From an uncultured Gammaproteobacteria bacterium (GTDB lineage Bacteria; Patescibacteriota; Microgenomatia; UBA8517): DNA of 40,411 nucleotides. The notes under the pieces are model-generated. The model was given only the letters and a program-made list of their open reading frames with translations, searched no databases and was not told the origin of the DNA. The translations under genes and the position numbers were made by a program. How positions within the stretch are numbered: position 1 is the first letter of the stretch; the number at the start of each line of letters is the position of its first letter. Location of the stretch: contig CAZTGB010000004.1 of NCBI GenBank assembly GCA_964612965.1, positions 1,299 to 41,709 on the forward strand, read 5' to 3'. Shown piece after piece: positions 15,850-23,641 of this stretch.

Positions 15850-16764
15850 TTATTGACATGATAGGGCAATCTTGAGGTTTTTAAGATTTTCTCTTTGAAT
15901 AGAAAAATAATCCTCTCCTTCATTCTGCTCCTCAGAAGTTAATCCTTCAATAGGATTAAAAACCAGGGTTTGCGCTCCAATTTCATTCGCAATCGTTTCA
16001 GCAAGCTTGGGGCTTAGAAGTGTCTCAAAGAAAATATATTTTATATTATTTTCTTTGGCAAATTTAGAAACCTCGGCAATGTCTCGAGCTGAAGGCTCAA
16101 TTTCGGGAGACAAACCAGAAATAGCAACTTGTTTTAAATTGTATCTTGATGCCAAATAACCGAAAGCTGCGTGCGAAGTAATAATATCTCGAGTTGAACA
16201 GTTTTTGAGGCCATTTTTAAACTCACTATCTAATTTATCAAATTCACTATCTAATTTTTTAGATTGGGCTTCATAATAATTTTTGTTTTGAGGATCAATC
16301 TTAATTAACTCGACTAAAATTTTATCTGAGACTTCTTTTGCTAAAACTGGATCAAGCCAAATGTGAGGATCTTGAATTTTCTCCCCCTCCTCAACAATTT
16401 CTTTATCAGCCAGTCCCTCAGCCACCTCTAATACGTTTACATTTTTGTTTTTGACTAAAAACTTAACTTTTTCTCCCCAAGGCTCAAAAGAAACTCCATT
16501 AAGAACTAAAAGCTTGCTGTTCTCAATTGCAGAAATATCGGAGGTGGAAGGTTCGTAATCATGAGGTTCAGCCCCCGCGGGAGTAACATTCAGCACTTCA
16601 ACTGCCTCACCCCCGATTTGACTTGAAAAAAAATAGAGAGGGTAAAAAGAGGCTACAATGCCGGTCTTCCCAGATGAAATTGGTTTTATTTCCTTTTGCT
16701 TTAAAATATAAATAACTGCTAAAGCTACTAAAAGAATAAGAATTACTATAATTGTTTTTTTCAT
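15850..16764 (-). CDS. znuA: Metal ABC transporter substrate-binding protein (ZnuA/TroA cluster A-I)
   Basis: Signal/TM anchor, DPHIWLDP motif, typical length. Confidence 0.75.
   Translation of the reverse strand: MKKTIIVILILLVALAVIYILKQKEIKPISSGKTGIVASFYPLYFFSSQIGGEAVEVLNVTPAGAEPHDYEPSTSDISAIENSKLLVLNGVSFEPWGEKVKFLVKNKNVNVLEVAEGLADKEIVEEGEKIQDPHIWLDPVLAKEVSDKILVELIKIDPQNKNYYEAQSKKLDSEFDKLDSEFKNGLKNCSTRDIITSHAAFGYLASRYNLKQVAISGLSPEIEPSARDIAEVSKFAKENNIKYIFFETLLSPKLAETIANEIGAQTLVFNPIEGLTSEEQNEGEDYFSIQRENLKNLKIALSCQ
16221..16262 (-). repeat. 21-bp tandem duplication inside the binding-protein gene (KLDSEFD-KLDSEF)
   Basis: actcactatctaatttatcaa followed by attcactatctaattttttag. Confidence 0.6.
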
Positions 16765-16765
16765 C

Positions 16766-17110
16766 CTACTTTTGACAATTCACACAAAGTCCAAAGAATT
16801 CTAAATTGTGTTTAATTACTTTAAATTCCCTAGGCAGCTTAAAATTCTCCTCAATTTCAATGTCAGTTACCTTTTTGCAATCAAGGCATACTAAATGGTG
16901 ATGGTGTCTTGCCTCTTTTAACTCATATCTTTTTTTACCATCCCCGAAATCTACTTCCTTTATAAATCCTGTATTCTCAAGAAAACTCAGTTCCCGATAA
17001 ATAGTGGTCTTATTAACCTTAACTTCTTTTAATAAATCCATAGCACTTACGGGGTATGGTGTGTTTGTAAAAATGCTTAAAATTTGATTTCTTGCCTTCG
17101 TATTTCGCAT
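16766..17110 (-). CDS. zur: Fur family transcriptional regulator (Zur-like)
   Basis: Winged-helix N-terminus, HHHHLVCLDCKKV and GLCVNCQ metal sites. Start set at Met11 (17110) from the promoter geometry. The tracked ORF starts at 17140, inside the operator palindrome. Confidence 0.75.
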   Translation of the reverse strand: MRNTKARNQILSIFTNTPYPVSAMDLLKEVKVNKTTIYRELSFLENTGFIKEVDFGDGKKRYELKEARHHHHLVCLDCKKVTDIEIEENFKLPREFKVIKHNLEFFGLCVNCQK

Positions 17111-17117
17111 TAAAAGT

Positions 17118-17147
17118 ATCTTAATGCAACTTAGTTGCATCTGTCAA
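17118..17147 (-). promoter_or_regulatory. Promoter TTGACA-18-TAAGAT whose spacer is an 8-1-8 palindrome ATGCAACT-T-AGTTGCAT (candidate Zur box)
   Basis: -35 at 17142-17147, palindrome at 17124-17140, -10 at 17118-17123, then 7 nt to ATG 17110. Confidence 0.55.
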
Positions 17148-17689
17148 GAAGATAATATTTTACCTACTCTTATTGAAGACAAACTTCTTTCAATAACTTC
17201 TTCAAGTTTTGTGTCAGGATTATCTAAGCTTTTCCCTTCCGGCCAATACCCCAAAATCTCAAGCAATCTAGTCACAAAACTTAATCGCAAATTTTTCAAT
17301 TCATTTGCAGTTTTTAGCTTTTCCAAGCTCTCATTAATTAAGTTAAAAACTTCAGTATTATTTTCGCCTTCATGAGTAATTTTTCCAATTACCTCCATAA
17401 AATAGTATGCAAGTGAAACCCTTTTCAAGTTATTTTTGATTTCTTTGAAATCATCAATTACTTCAGCTTCTGTCATTAAATCCAATCCATGCCCTATCGA
17501 AGCCTGAAATAATATTTTATTAAATACCTCAATATGCCCGCGCTTTCGACTTTTCGGTCGTCTTATTCCCTTTGCAATTAGTGACAATTTACCTCGGTTC
17601 CTTGAAAAAATTATTAAGATTTTATCTGCTTCCCCATAATTTCTTTTAGCAAGAACTATACCTTCTGAAGTGTATGAACGGAGATGCAT
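17144..17689 (-). CDS. recO: DNA repair protein RecO (short form)
   Basis: N-terminal OB-fold signature EGIVLAKRNYGEADKILIIFSRNRGKLSLIAKGIRRPKSRK. Confidence 0.8.
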   Translation of the reverse strand: MHLRSYTSEGIVLAKRNYGEADKILIIFSRNRGKLSLIAKGIRRPKSRKRGHIEVFNKILFQASIGHGLDLMTEAEVIDDFKEIKNNLKRVSLAYYFMEVIGKITHEGENNTEVFNLINESLEKLKTANELKNLRLSFVTRLLEILGYWPEGKSLDNPDTKLEEVIERSLSSIRVGKILSS

Positions 17690-17691
17690 GC

Positions 17692-18018
17692 CTAGTTTAC
17701 AATTGGCTCAAGATCTGAAACTCGTTTTTCCAATTTATAAAATTGATCAGAGGTCGGAGAATTAACGGCCACACCAGAAATCATAGTTATTAATTCTTTT
17801 TTAGCTCCATTTATTTTTCTGTCTATCTTTTTTTCTAAACTCGATAAACCAACACTTAAATCTTTTTTTGTAACAACACCTGATTTGTTGAGAAGGCCAC
17901 CAAAATCTTTTTTTGTAACAACACCTGATTGGTTGAGAAGATTTCCTAAGTTATCTTTTGTAACAACACCAACTTCTTTCAAAACATCTTTTAAATCCTG
18001 CCTCGTTAATTGCTTCAT
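17692..18018 (-). CDS. Hypothetical small protein with about 15-aa tandem repeats (VVTKKDxGxLLNxSG)
   Basis: ORF coupled 2 nt upstream of recO. Internal repeats are visible at both DNA and protein level. Confidence 0.55.
   Translation of the reverse strand: MKQLTRQDLKDVLKEVGVVTKDNLGNLLNQSGVVTKKDFGGLLNKSGVVTKKDLSVGLSSLEKKIDRKINGAKKELITMISGVAVNSPTSDQFYKLEKRVSDLEPIVN
17860..17985 (-). repeat. Imperfect tandem repeat, period 45-48 bp, about 2.6 copies
   Basis: atctttttttgtaacaacacctgatt(t/g)gttgagaag starts at 17860 and 17905. A degenerate third copy starts at 17953. Confidence 0.7.
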
Positions 18019-18024
18019 CCCTTC

Positions 18025-18033
18025 ATAATATCA
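18025..18033 (-). promoter_or_regulatory. Extended -10 TGaTATTAT, 6 nt upstream of ATG 18018
   Basis: Minus strand GTGATATTATGAAGGGATG. Confidence 0.4.
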
Positions 18034-18039
18034 CATCCA

Positions 18040-20142
18040 TCAAATGCGGATTTTTATCTCTTTGTCAGTTTTAAGTAAAAACTCCTCTTCGTATTTTCCA
18101 AGGTTTATGGTATAAAGTGGACCGTCAGTTCCAGGTTGTTTTTGAATAAGTAAGTTGTATTCTTTCGAAACTTTAAATGGCAATTTATATTTAAAAGTTA
18201 CTTTAGAAACTCCTTCTGGACGTAGTTGAAATAGTCCAGCAAAAACTGTTTTATCTAAGTCTTCGTACGGATCAATCTTATCTTCTAACCCCTCAATTGC
18301 AATCAACTCACTTCCTTTTGGAACATAAACTCTTATCCAGTTAGGCAGCACCGAGTTAAGCCAACCGTCATATTTCTCTGGATTTTTATAAGTAATAGTT
18401 AAGGTTTTTTCAACACTTCCATCACGTTTTACTTCAATTTCCTGAAGAACTTCTTGAGTCACATAGAGGTTAGATTTACGCCCCCCAAGGTTGGCATCAT
18501 TAACATGAAGATAGTCACCTTCATAGTCCTTTATGCTTCCCCCCAGTCCAAAGTCTGATATACCTTTTTGAATATCTTCATTGTGAATATAGAAAAGTAC
18601 ATGTTTTTCCATGAGCGACTTAAATCCAGCCCCAAATAAATCCGGTAATTTTTCCTTTGGCTGTCCCATAGCGTTGGCCAGTATTGAATTCATTAAAGGT
18701 CCAATAATTTTCTTTCTGTTATCAGCATTTTTAGGTTTAAGAATAATCTCACCTGTTAGTGGATCCCAAATAATCGGACCTTCAACATCGGCATAACTTT
18801 CAAGCTCATAAATAACTTGTGGGCAATTACATTTCGGCTCCACATTAGTACTAAAATTCCCAAACCCAGGTACTCCGATTGGGCCTATCACATTTAATAG
18901 ATTAACAAGCAGCTGCGTATCAACTGCGATTATCCCATCTACATCACTTACCCCCACCTCATCCGCCGCTTCAGTAACCGTTCTCATACTCTCTTCAAAG
19001 TCGGGTGACCAGTTCATGTCCCTAAATCTTAAATTCTTTGAAAGAACGTAAGGACCTTTAATATATTTGATCAAAGGATCGGGAGCAGGAATCGAAGGCT
19101 TGTATTTAGCATCCAGGTTATAAATATCATCAGAGACTGTCGGTTCAAATTTTGCCTTGTCAACCTTCATTATGGAATACCCAGTCATAAATCCTCCCGT
19201 TGGCCTTAATTCTTTATCATTTTGGAATAAAACCAAATAAGTCCTAGGTGTTTCCATTCCAAGTAGATAAGGGGCTGATTCTAAAACTGGCTTCCCGTTA
19301 ACTATAAACATTGTTATTTCAGAAACTAATTCCTGAGCGCTTCTAACTTTTGCCCGAAGAGGTTTGCCTTGATATTTCTCTGGATATCTGTCCGGGTCAA
19401 TTTTAGCAATTTCGGAATCTATGACTTTTACTTTTGAAGATAGTTCGTCAATTTTAGGTAGTAAATCTGGAATTGTTTTTACTAAAAAATCAATTCGCTC
19501 TTCTGTAGTCTTCTCTCCACTCTCCTCTTCCTTCTTTTGTCCAAACCCCAAAATATCTGAGTATGGTTCCGCAACCGTTAACAGTGTGTCACCCGCCTCA
19601 AGTCCAGAACCCGCGGCGTTAACTACGTGACCTAAATCAGAAACATAACCCCCTACAAAGGGAACTATACGAATCCACGAAATTAGGATATAGCTTCTTT
19701 TAAAAGATGAGAGTGATTTTTTAACATTGGAAATCTCCGACTTCATCCCATTTAAATCTCCAGCTTTCCCCAAATCAGCCATTTTCTGTGATGAAACAAT
19801 AAGTTTTTTTCCACTTTGGAAAAGTAAAACTCCAGCTACTACAGAGTAAATAAGAATAACTAAAAGAAAAATTCCAATTCCAATTAGCACTTTTTTATGG
19901 CTAGGAGACAAATTATATTTAAATTGTTTATTAGAAATGTCGCTATTAATGCTAGAGCTATTATTTTGATTTGCAGGATTTATTGAGCTTTTAATGGTTG
20001 GTTCCTTGTCTTGAATTAAAGGGGTACCAATTTTTGGGATAAGTATCGAGTCCCCAGTTGAGGCATCACTAATAGTCTCAGACTCGGTCTGAGAATTTGA
20101 TTCTGGGGTTATTTTTGGAATTGATAGATCTTCTTTGGGCAT
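18040..20142 (-). CDS. Large membrane-anchored protein, DUF4012-like
   Basis: 700 aa. S/N-rich N-terminus, one TM (VLIGIGIFLLVILIYSVVAGVLLF), and FQNDKELRPTGGFMTGYSIM resembling the DUF4012 NxxELRxTGG core as I recall it. Confidence 0.5.
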   Translation of the reverse strand: MPKEDLSIPKITPESNSQTESETISDASTGDSILIPKIGTPLIQDKEPTIKSSINPANQNNSSSINSDISNKQFKYNLSPSHKKVLIGIGIFLLVILIYSVVAGVLLFQSGKKLIVSSQKMADLGKAGDLNGMKSEISNVKKSLSSFKRSYILISWIRIVPFVGGYVSDLGHVVNAAGSGLEAGDTLLTVAEPYSDILGFGQKKEEESGEKTTEERIDFLVKTIPDLLPKIDELSSKVKVIDSEIAKIDPDRYPEKYQGKPLRAKVRSAQELVSEITMFIVNGKPVLESAPYLLGMETPRTYLVLFQNDKELRPTGGFMTGYSIMKVDKAKFEPTVSDDIYNLDAKYKPSIPAPDPLIKYIKGPYVLSKNLRFRDMNWSPDFEESMRTVTEAADEVGVSDVDGIIAVDTQLLVNLLNVIGPIGVPGFGNFSTNVEPKCNCPQVIYELESYADVEGPIIWDPLTGEIILKPKNADNRKKIIGPLMNSILANAMGQPKEKLPDLFGAGFKSLMEKHVLFYIHNEDIQKGISDFGLGGSIKDYEGDYLHVNDANLGGRKSNLYVTQEVLQEIEVKRDGSVEKTLTITYKNPEKYDGWLNSVLPNWIRVYVPKGSELIAIEGLEDKIDPYEDLDKTVFAGLFQLRPEGVSKVTFKYKLPFKVSKEYNLLIQKQPGTDGPLYTINLGKYEEEFLLKTDKEIKIRI

Positions 20143-20148
20143 GGATTA

Positions 20149-20154
20149 ATAATA
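20149..20154 (-). promoter_or_regulatory. -10-like TATTAT, 6 nt upstream of ATG 20142 (alternative TGtGATAAT 13 nt upstream)
   Basis: Minus strand TGTGATAATGTATTATTAATCCATG. Confidence 0.4.
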
Positions 20155-20165
20155 CATTATCACAG

Positions 20166-20193
20166 ATAAAAGAAAAAAGTGCTATCTTGCACC
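20166..20193 (-). terminator. Weak hairpin plus U-tract (GGUGC-AAGAUA-GCACU UUUUUCUUUU) at the end of the sugar-transferase gene
   Basis: 5-bp stem spanning the stop codon, followed by a strong U-run. Weak stem, so low confidence. Confidence 0.3.
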
Positions 20194-20856
20194 CTTACCA
20201 GAAATCATGACCCAAGGGGTTTTTAGGGCAATTAAAATATCTAACATTAAAGATTTTTTCTTGGCGTAATAAGCATCCATTTCAATTCTTTTATCAAAGT
20301 TAACCTCACTTCGTCCCGAAACTTGCCAATACCCCGTAATTCCAGGTTTAACAGTCAAAGTCTGCTTTATATATTCTTCAGTACCGGGAAACTTTTTTTG
20401 TTGTTCGTCAAGTTCTTCCCTCAAATATGGCCTAGGTCCAATAATACTCATATCTCCGATTAAAACATTAATAAGTTGTGGAATTTCATCAATGGAATGC
20501 TTTCTAATGAATTTTCCAACAGGAGTAATTCTAGGATCATGAGTTGGCTTATAACTTCCACCTGTGCGTTTCTGTATATACGAAGTTCTATATCTCGGAT
20601 CCGTCTTTTCTAAAATATCCCCCCTAACCGGCATTGAACGAAATTTAAAAAGCCTAAAGATCTTGCCATCTTTACCAAGTCTTTTCATATGGGAATTATC
20701 CTTCTCGACAAATACGGGCCCTGGGTTTGTAATTTTAATTATAATTGAAGTAATTAAAAGAATTGGTGAAAACAAAACAAGAAGAAAAATGGAGCCAACA
20801 ACATCAATTATTCTTTTAACAAAATCGTAATACATGTGGTTTTTAGGTAAGTGCAA
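20182..20856 (-). CDS. Polyprenyl-phosphate hexose/HexNAc-1-phosphate transferase (small monotopic PGT, WbaP C-terminal/PglC type)
   Basis: KRIIDVVGSIFLLVLFSPILL re-entrant helix, RLFKFRSM, DEIPQLINVLIGDMSIIGPRP. Confidence 0.85.
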   Translation of the reverse strand: MHLPKNHMYYDFVKRIIDVVGSIFLLVLFSPILLITSIIIKITNPGPVFVEKDNSHMKRLGKDGKIFRLFKFRSMPVRGDILEKTDPRYRTSYIQKRTGGSYKPTHDPRITPVGKFIRKHSIDEIPQLINVLIGDMSIIGPRPYLREELDEQQKKFPGTEEYIKQTLTVKPGITGYWQVSGRSEVNFDKRIEMDAYYAKKKSLMLDILIALKTPWVMISGKGAR

Positions 20857-21901
20857 GGTTTCTTTTCTTGACTTCCTTTAAAGCTTCACCCACCTGACCA
20901 GTGCTTTCTTTGTTACATATCATAAGGGCATCACCTGTATCAACAACTATTAGATTATCAACCCCCACAAGTACGACAACCTTATTTTCATCGTCCAATC
21001 TTATATAACTATTTTGACCATTAAGATCAACTATATTTTCCCCAGGTTTATAAAGACCTTTTTCCTTTAAATATTTCTCAAGGGACTCAAATGTTCCAAA
21101 GTCTGTCCAATGAAAAGGAAGTTCTACAACCAATGACTCTCCTGCTTCATGAACTTTTTGAACCACATCCTCAAGTGGCCCCTCTGGCATTTTCACAAAT
21201 TCAGTTTTAATGTCCGCTCCTTTTGTAATATTTATCAAAGGCTCATACCACTCTGGCTTATATTTCTGCATCATATTTAGAAAATTGCGCGGTGTCATAC
21301 AAGTGTGGTTTGTGTGTACCAAAGCAGTACCCTCTTTGATAAGTGCCTCTGTTTCTTCTTTTGTGCTTCGCCATACAAATTTAGCCACTTTAAAAATCTC
21401 CGTTTCACCTACCGAAGAAACCTTTTCACCTTTGATTAAATAGTCAACACCCATGATTGCGTAATCTGGTTTAAATCCTCCAGTAATATATTTTGTTTCC
21501 CGTCTTGCTAAAGCATCACAATCCATCATCATCTTAATAAAATTTTCAACAGGCTCTCTTAAATCATCAACTTGAACTATCATGAAGGGTTCATCAACCA
21601 ATCCCTTTTTGTATAAAAAGGCTGCTATTAAACCAGTTGCAGGTCCCTGGTTTCGCATTTCGGGTTCAACTATGTAATTGGAAAGTGGAATTTCGGGGAC
21701 TTGTTTTTGGGCCATTTCAACCTGATCTTGATTTGTCGAAACATATATCTCCTCCGGTTTGAAATTGGTCTTTAAAGCCTCATAGTTTAGCTGAAAAAGT
21801 GATTTACCACCTATAAGTGGCAAGAAATGTTTTGGTTTGTGCTGACGACTAATCGGCCAAAGTTTAGTTCCAAACCCTCCGCAGATAATTACAGGAATCA
21901 T
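20843..21901 (-). CDS. Sugar-1-phosphate nucleotidyltransferase (mannose-1-phosphate guanylyltransferase-like)
   Basis: MIPVIICGGFGTKLWPISRQHKPKHFLPL N-terminus typical of ManC/CpsB-type enzymes. No C-terminal cupin/PMI domain. Confidence 0.7.
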   Translation of the reverse strand: MIPVIICGGFGTKLWPISRQHKPKHFLPLIGGKSLFQLNYEALKTNFKPEEIYVSTNQDQVEMAQKQVPEIPLSNYIVEPEMRNQGPATGLIAAFLYKKGLVDEPFMIVQVDDLREPVENFIKMMMDCDALARRETKYITGGFKPDYAIMGVDYLIKGEKVSSVGETEIFKVAKFVWRSTKEETEALIKEGTALVHTNHTCMTPRNFLNMMQKYKPEWYEPLINITKGADIKTEFVKMPEGPLEDVVQKVHEAGESLVVELPFHWTDFGTFESLEKYLKEKGLYKPGENIVDLNGQNSYIRLDDENKVVVLVGVDNLIVVDTGDALMICNKESTGQVGEALKEVKKRNLALT

Positions 21902-22974
21902 ATATGTTTTACACTTTTGTCAAATTCACTTTTAAAAAATTCTTCAGAAAATCTTTCTGCATTGTTAACAAGTGTTTTTCTATTAAAGCTCATTTTTTCA
22001 AATTTTGCAATTGCCCCCTCTAAACTAGTTTTGTTTTGTTCATTAAATAAAACTCCAGTTACCCCATCTTTAATGATATCTATAATTCCACCCTTACCAT
22101 ACGCTATTACTGGAATTCCCAATTTCTGCGCTTCAACTGCGACTATTCCAAAGTCTTCTAATTGGGGTATGATAAGTGCTTTCGCATTTAGGTAATAGCC
22201 TATTAATTCGCTGTCACTAATATTTCCCAAGAATTTAATATTAGATTTTGAAATGGATTTTAATTTTGAATTTTCAGATCCCGTCCCAACTATATAGAGT
22301 TCTTTTTTATTTTCATTAAAAACTCTTATGGCCAAATCAACCTTTTTATATGGTACAAGCCTAGAAACAATGAGGTAATAGTTTTTAACTATCGTGGTTG
22401 CATCATTCTTATTTACTAAAAAATCAGAAACAGGAGGATATATTATTTCAGAATCTCTTTTGTAATACTTCATAATTCTTTTCTGAACTTCTGTTGAAAT
22501 AGTAATCATCTTATCTGGTCTTTTCGCGGCAATTTTGTCCCATATTCTTAAATACTTAATAATGGGTTTTGAAAAAAAAAATAAAATTGGATTTTTAAAA
22601 TACTCTTCATATCCACTCCATAAATAGCGTGTGGGGGTTAGGCAGTAACAGATATGTGTTGTTCCGGGTCTTGTTATTATTCCCTTGGCAGCTTCTGATG
22701 TAACTGAAATAACTAAATCATATCCACCAAAATCAAACTGCTCAAAAACCAATGGCATAAGCCAACCCAAGAGTTCATGATTATTTTTGGCAAATGGAAT
22801 TTTCTGAAGAAATGATGTATAAATTTTTGGAAACACTTTTGCCCAAGAAGCATTCTCTTCATCGTATACAGAAGTGTATAGTGGAGCGTCAGGAAACATT
22901 TCATGAAGAGTTAATAAAACCCTTTCAGCTCCGCCAAATTTGTTAACTCTATCGTATACAATTGCTGTCTTCAT
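21898..22974 (-). CDS. Glycosyltransferase family 4 (GT-B)
   Basis: GGAERV near the N-terminus, EDFGIVAVEAQKLGIPVIAYGKGG C-terminal motif. Confidence 0.8.
   Translation of the reverse strand: MKTAIVYDRVNKFGGAERVLLTLHEMFPDAPLYTSVYDEENASWAKVFPKIYTSFLQKIPFAKNNHELLGWLMPLVFEQFDFGGYDLVISVTSEAAKGIITRPGTTHICYCLTPTRYLWSGYEEYFKNPILFFFSKPIIKYLRIWDKIAAKRPDKMITISTEVQKRIMKYYKRDSEIIYPPVSDFLVNKNDATTIVKNYYLIVSRLVPYKKVDLAIRVFNENKKELYIVGTGSENSKLKSISKSNIKFLGNISDSELIGYYLNAKALIIPQLEDFGIVAVEAQKLGIPVIAYGKGGIIDIIKDGVTGVLFNEQNKTSLEGAIAKFEKMSFNRKTLVNNAERFSEEFFKSEFDKSVKHI
22572..22581 (-). repeat. (T)10 homopolymer inside the GT4 coding sequence (…ILFFFSK…)
   Basis: Ten consecutive A on the plus strand, 22572-22581. 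The frame is intact as given. Confidence 0.9.
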
Positions 22975-23618
22975 TATTCAAAATATCTTCCTTTAGTTTT
23001 TAAAATAAATATTAAAGCAATAATTGCAAGTGAGATGGTTAAAATAATATTTGCTCCTGAAAAGAGAGTACTTGCAAGAATAAAAATCGGTATCCCTATA
23101 AAAAGATGTGATAAAGTTACACCCATTAAAAATTTAGAAAAATTTATTCTCAAAACTCCAGCTCCATAATATATTGCTTCAATTATTACGCTTCCAAATA
23201 AAAGCCTATAAACAAAAACAGCCTCCATCTCTTTACCTGTTTTTATTTTTATCTTTTTTATTTTTTCAACGATATTGGTATCTAAAATTTTATCTAAAAA
23301 AGGAAAGCCATATTGTTTTCCCAGATGGTATGCGATTGTACCTCCCAAGGTACTCCCTGCCATATCGATTATAAATGCTAACTCCCAGCCCAAGAATGGA
23401 ATTGATGCAAGTGTAAAAATACCACCAGAAATTGGAGGCCAAAGTATTCCAATAACTTTAACAACAAAAAGGCTAACGACATATAAAATCATATTTGTTT
23501 TAATCCATGAATCTAGATTTAAAAAGTAAGGCGACTTAGAGAACCAGTTAAAAAGTATTAGTGTTAACAGAAAAATGGATACAAAGAATGTGGTATTTAT
23601 CCATGTATTTTTTTTCAT
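22974..23618 (-). CDS. DedA/VTT (TVP38/TMEM64)-like membrane protein
   Basis: Polytopic 214 aa. FIIDMAGSTLGGTIAYHLGKQYGFPFLDKIL resembles the DedA/VTT core motif. Confidence 0.5.
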   Translation of the reverse strand: MKKNTWINTTFFVSIFLLTLILFNWFSKSPYFLNLDSWIKTNMILYVVSLFVVKVIGILWPPISGGIFTLASIPFLGWELAFIIDMAGSTLGGTIAYHLGKQYGFPFLDKILDTNIVEKIKKIKIKTGKEMEAVFVYRLLFGSVIIEAIYYGAGVLRINFSKFLMGVTLSHLFIGIPIFILASTLFSGANIILTISLAIIALIFILKTKGRYFE

Positions 23619-23624
23619 CCTTGA

Positions 23625-23630
23625 ATTTTA
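23625..23630 (-). promoter_or_regulatory. -10 box TAAAAT, 6 nt upstream of ATG 23618
   Basis: Minus strand GTGTAAAATTCAAGGATG. Confidence 0.4.
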
Positions 23631-23641
23631 CACTAAAAAGG

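Noticed and set aside
15843-15923. N-terminal extensions of tracked ORFs (znuC to 15923, zur to 17140, GT4 to 32718, NlpC/P60-A from 1015)
   Set aside because: The extensions overlap upstream genes or operator/promoter elements and add non-conserved residues. Internal ATGs give tidy junctions and fit the -10 spacing. They are kept as alternatives, not excluded with certainty.
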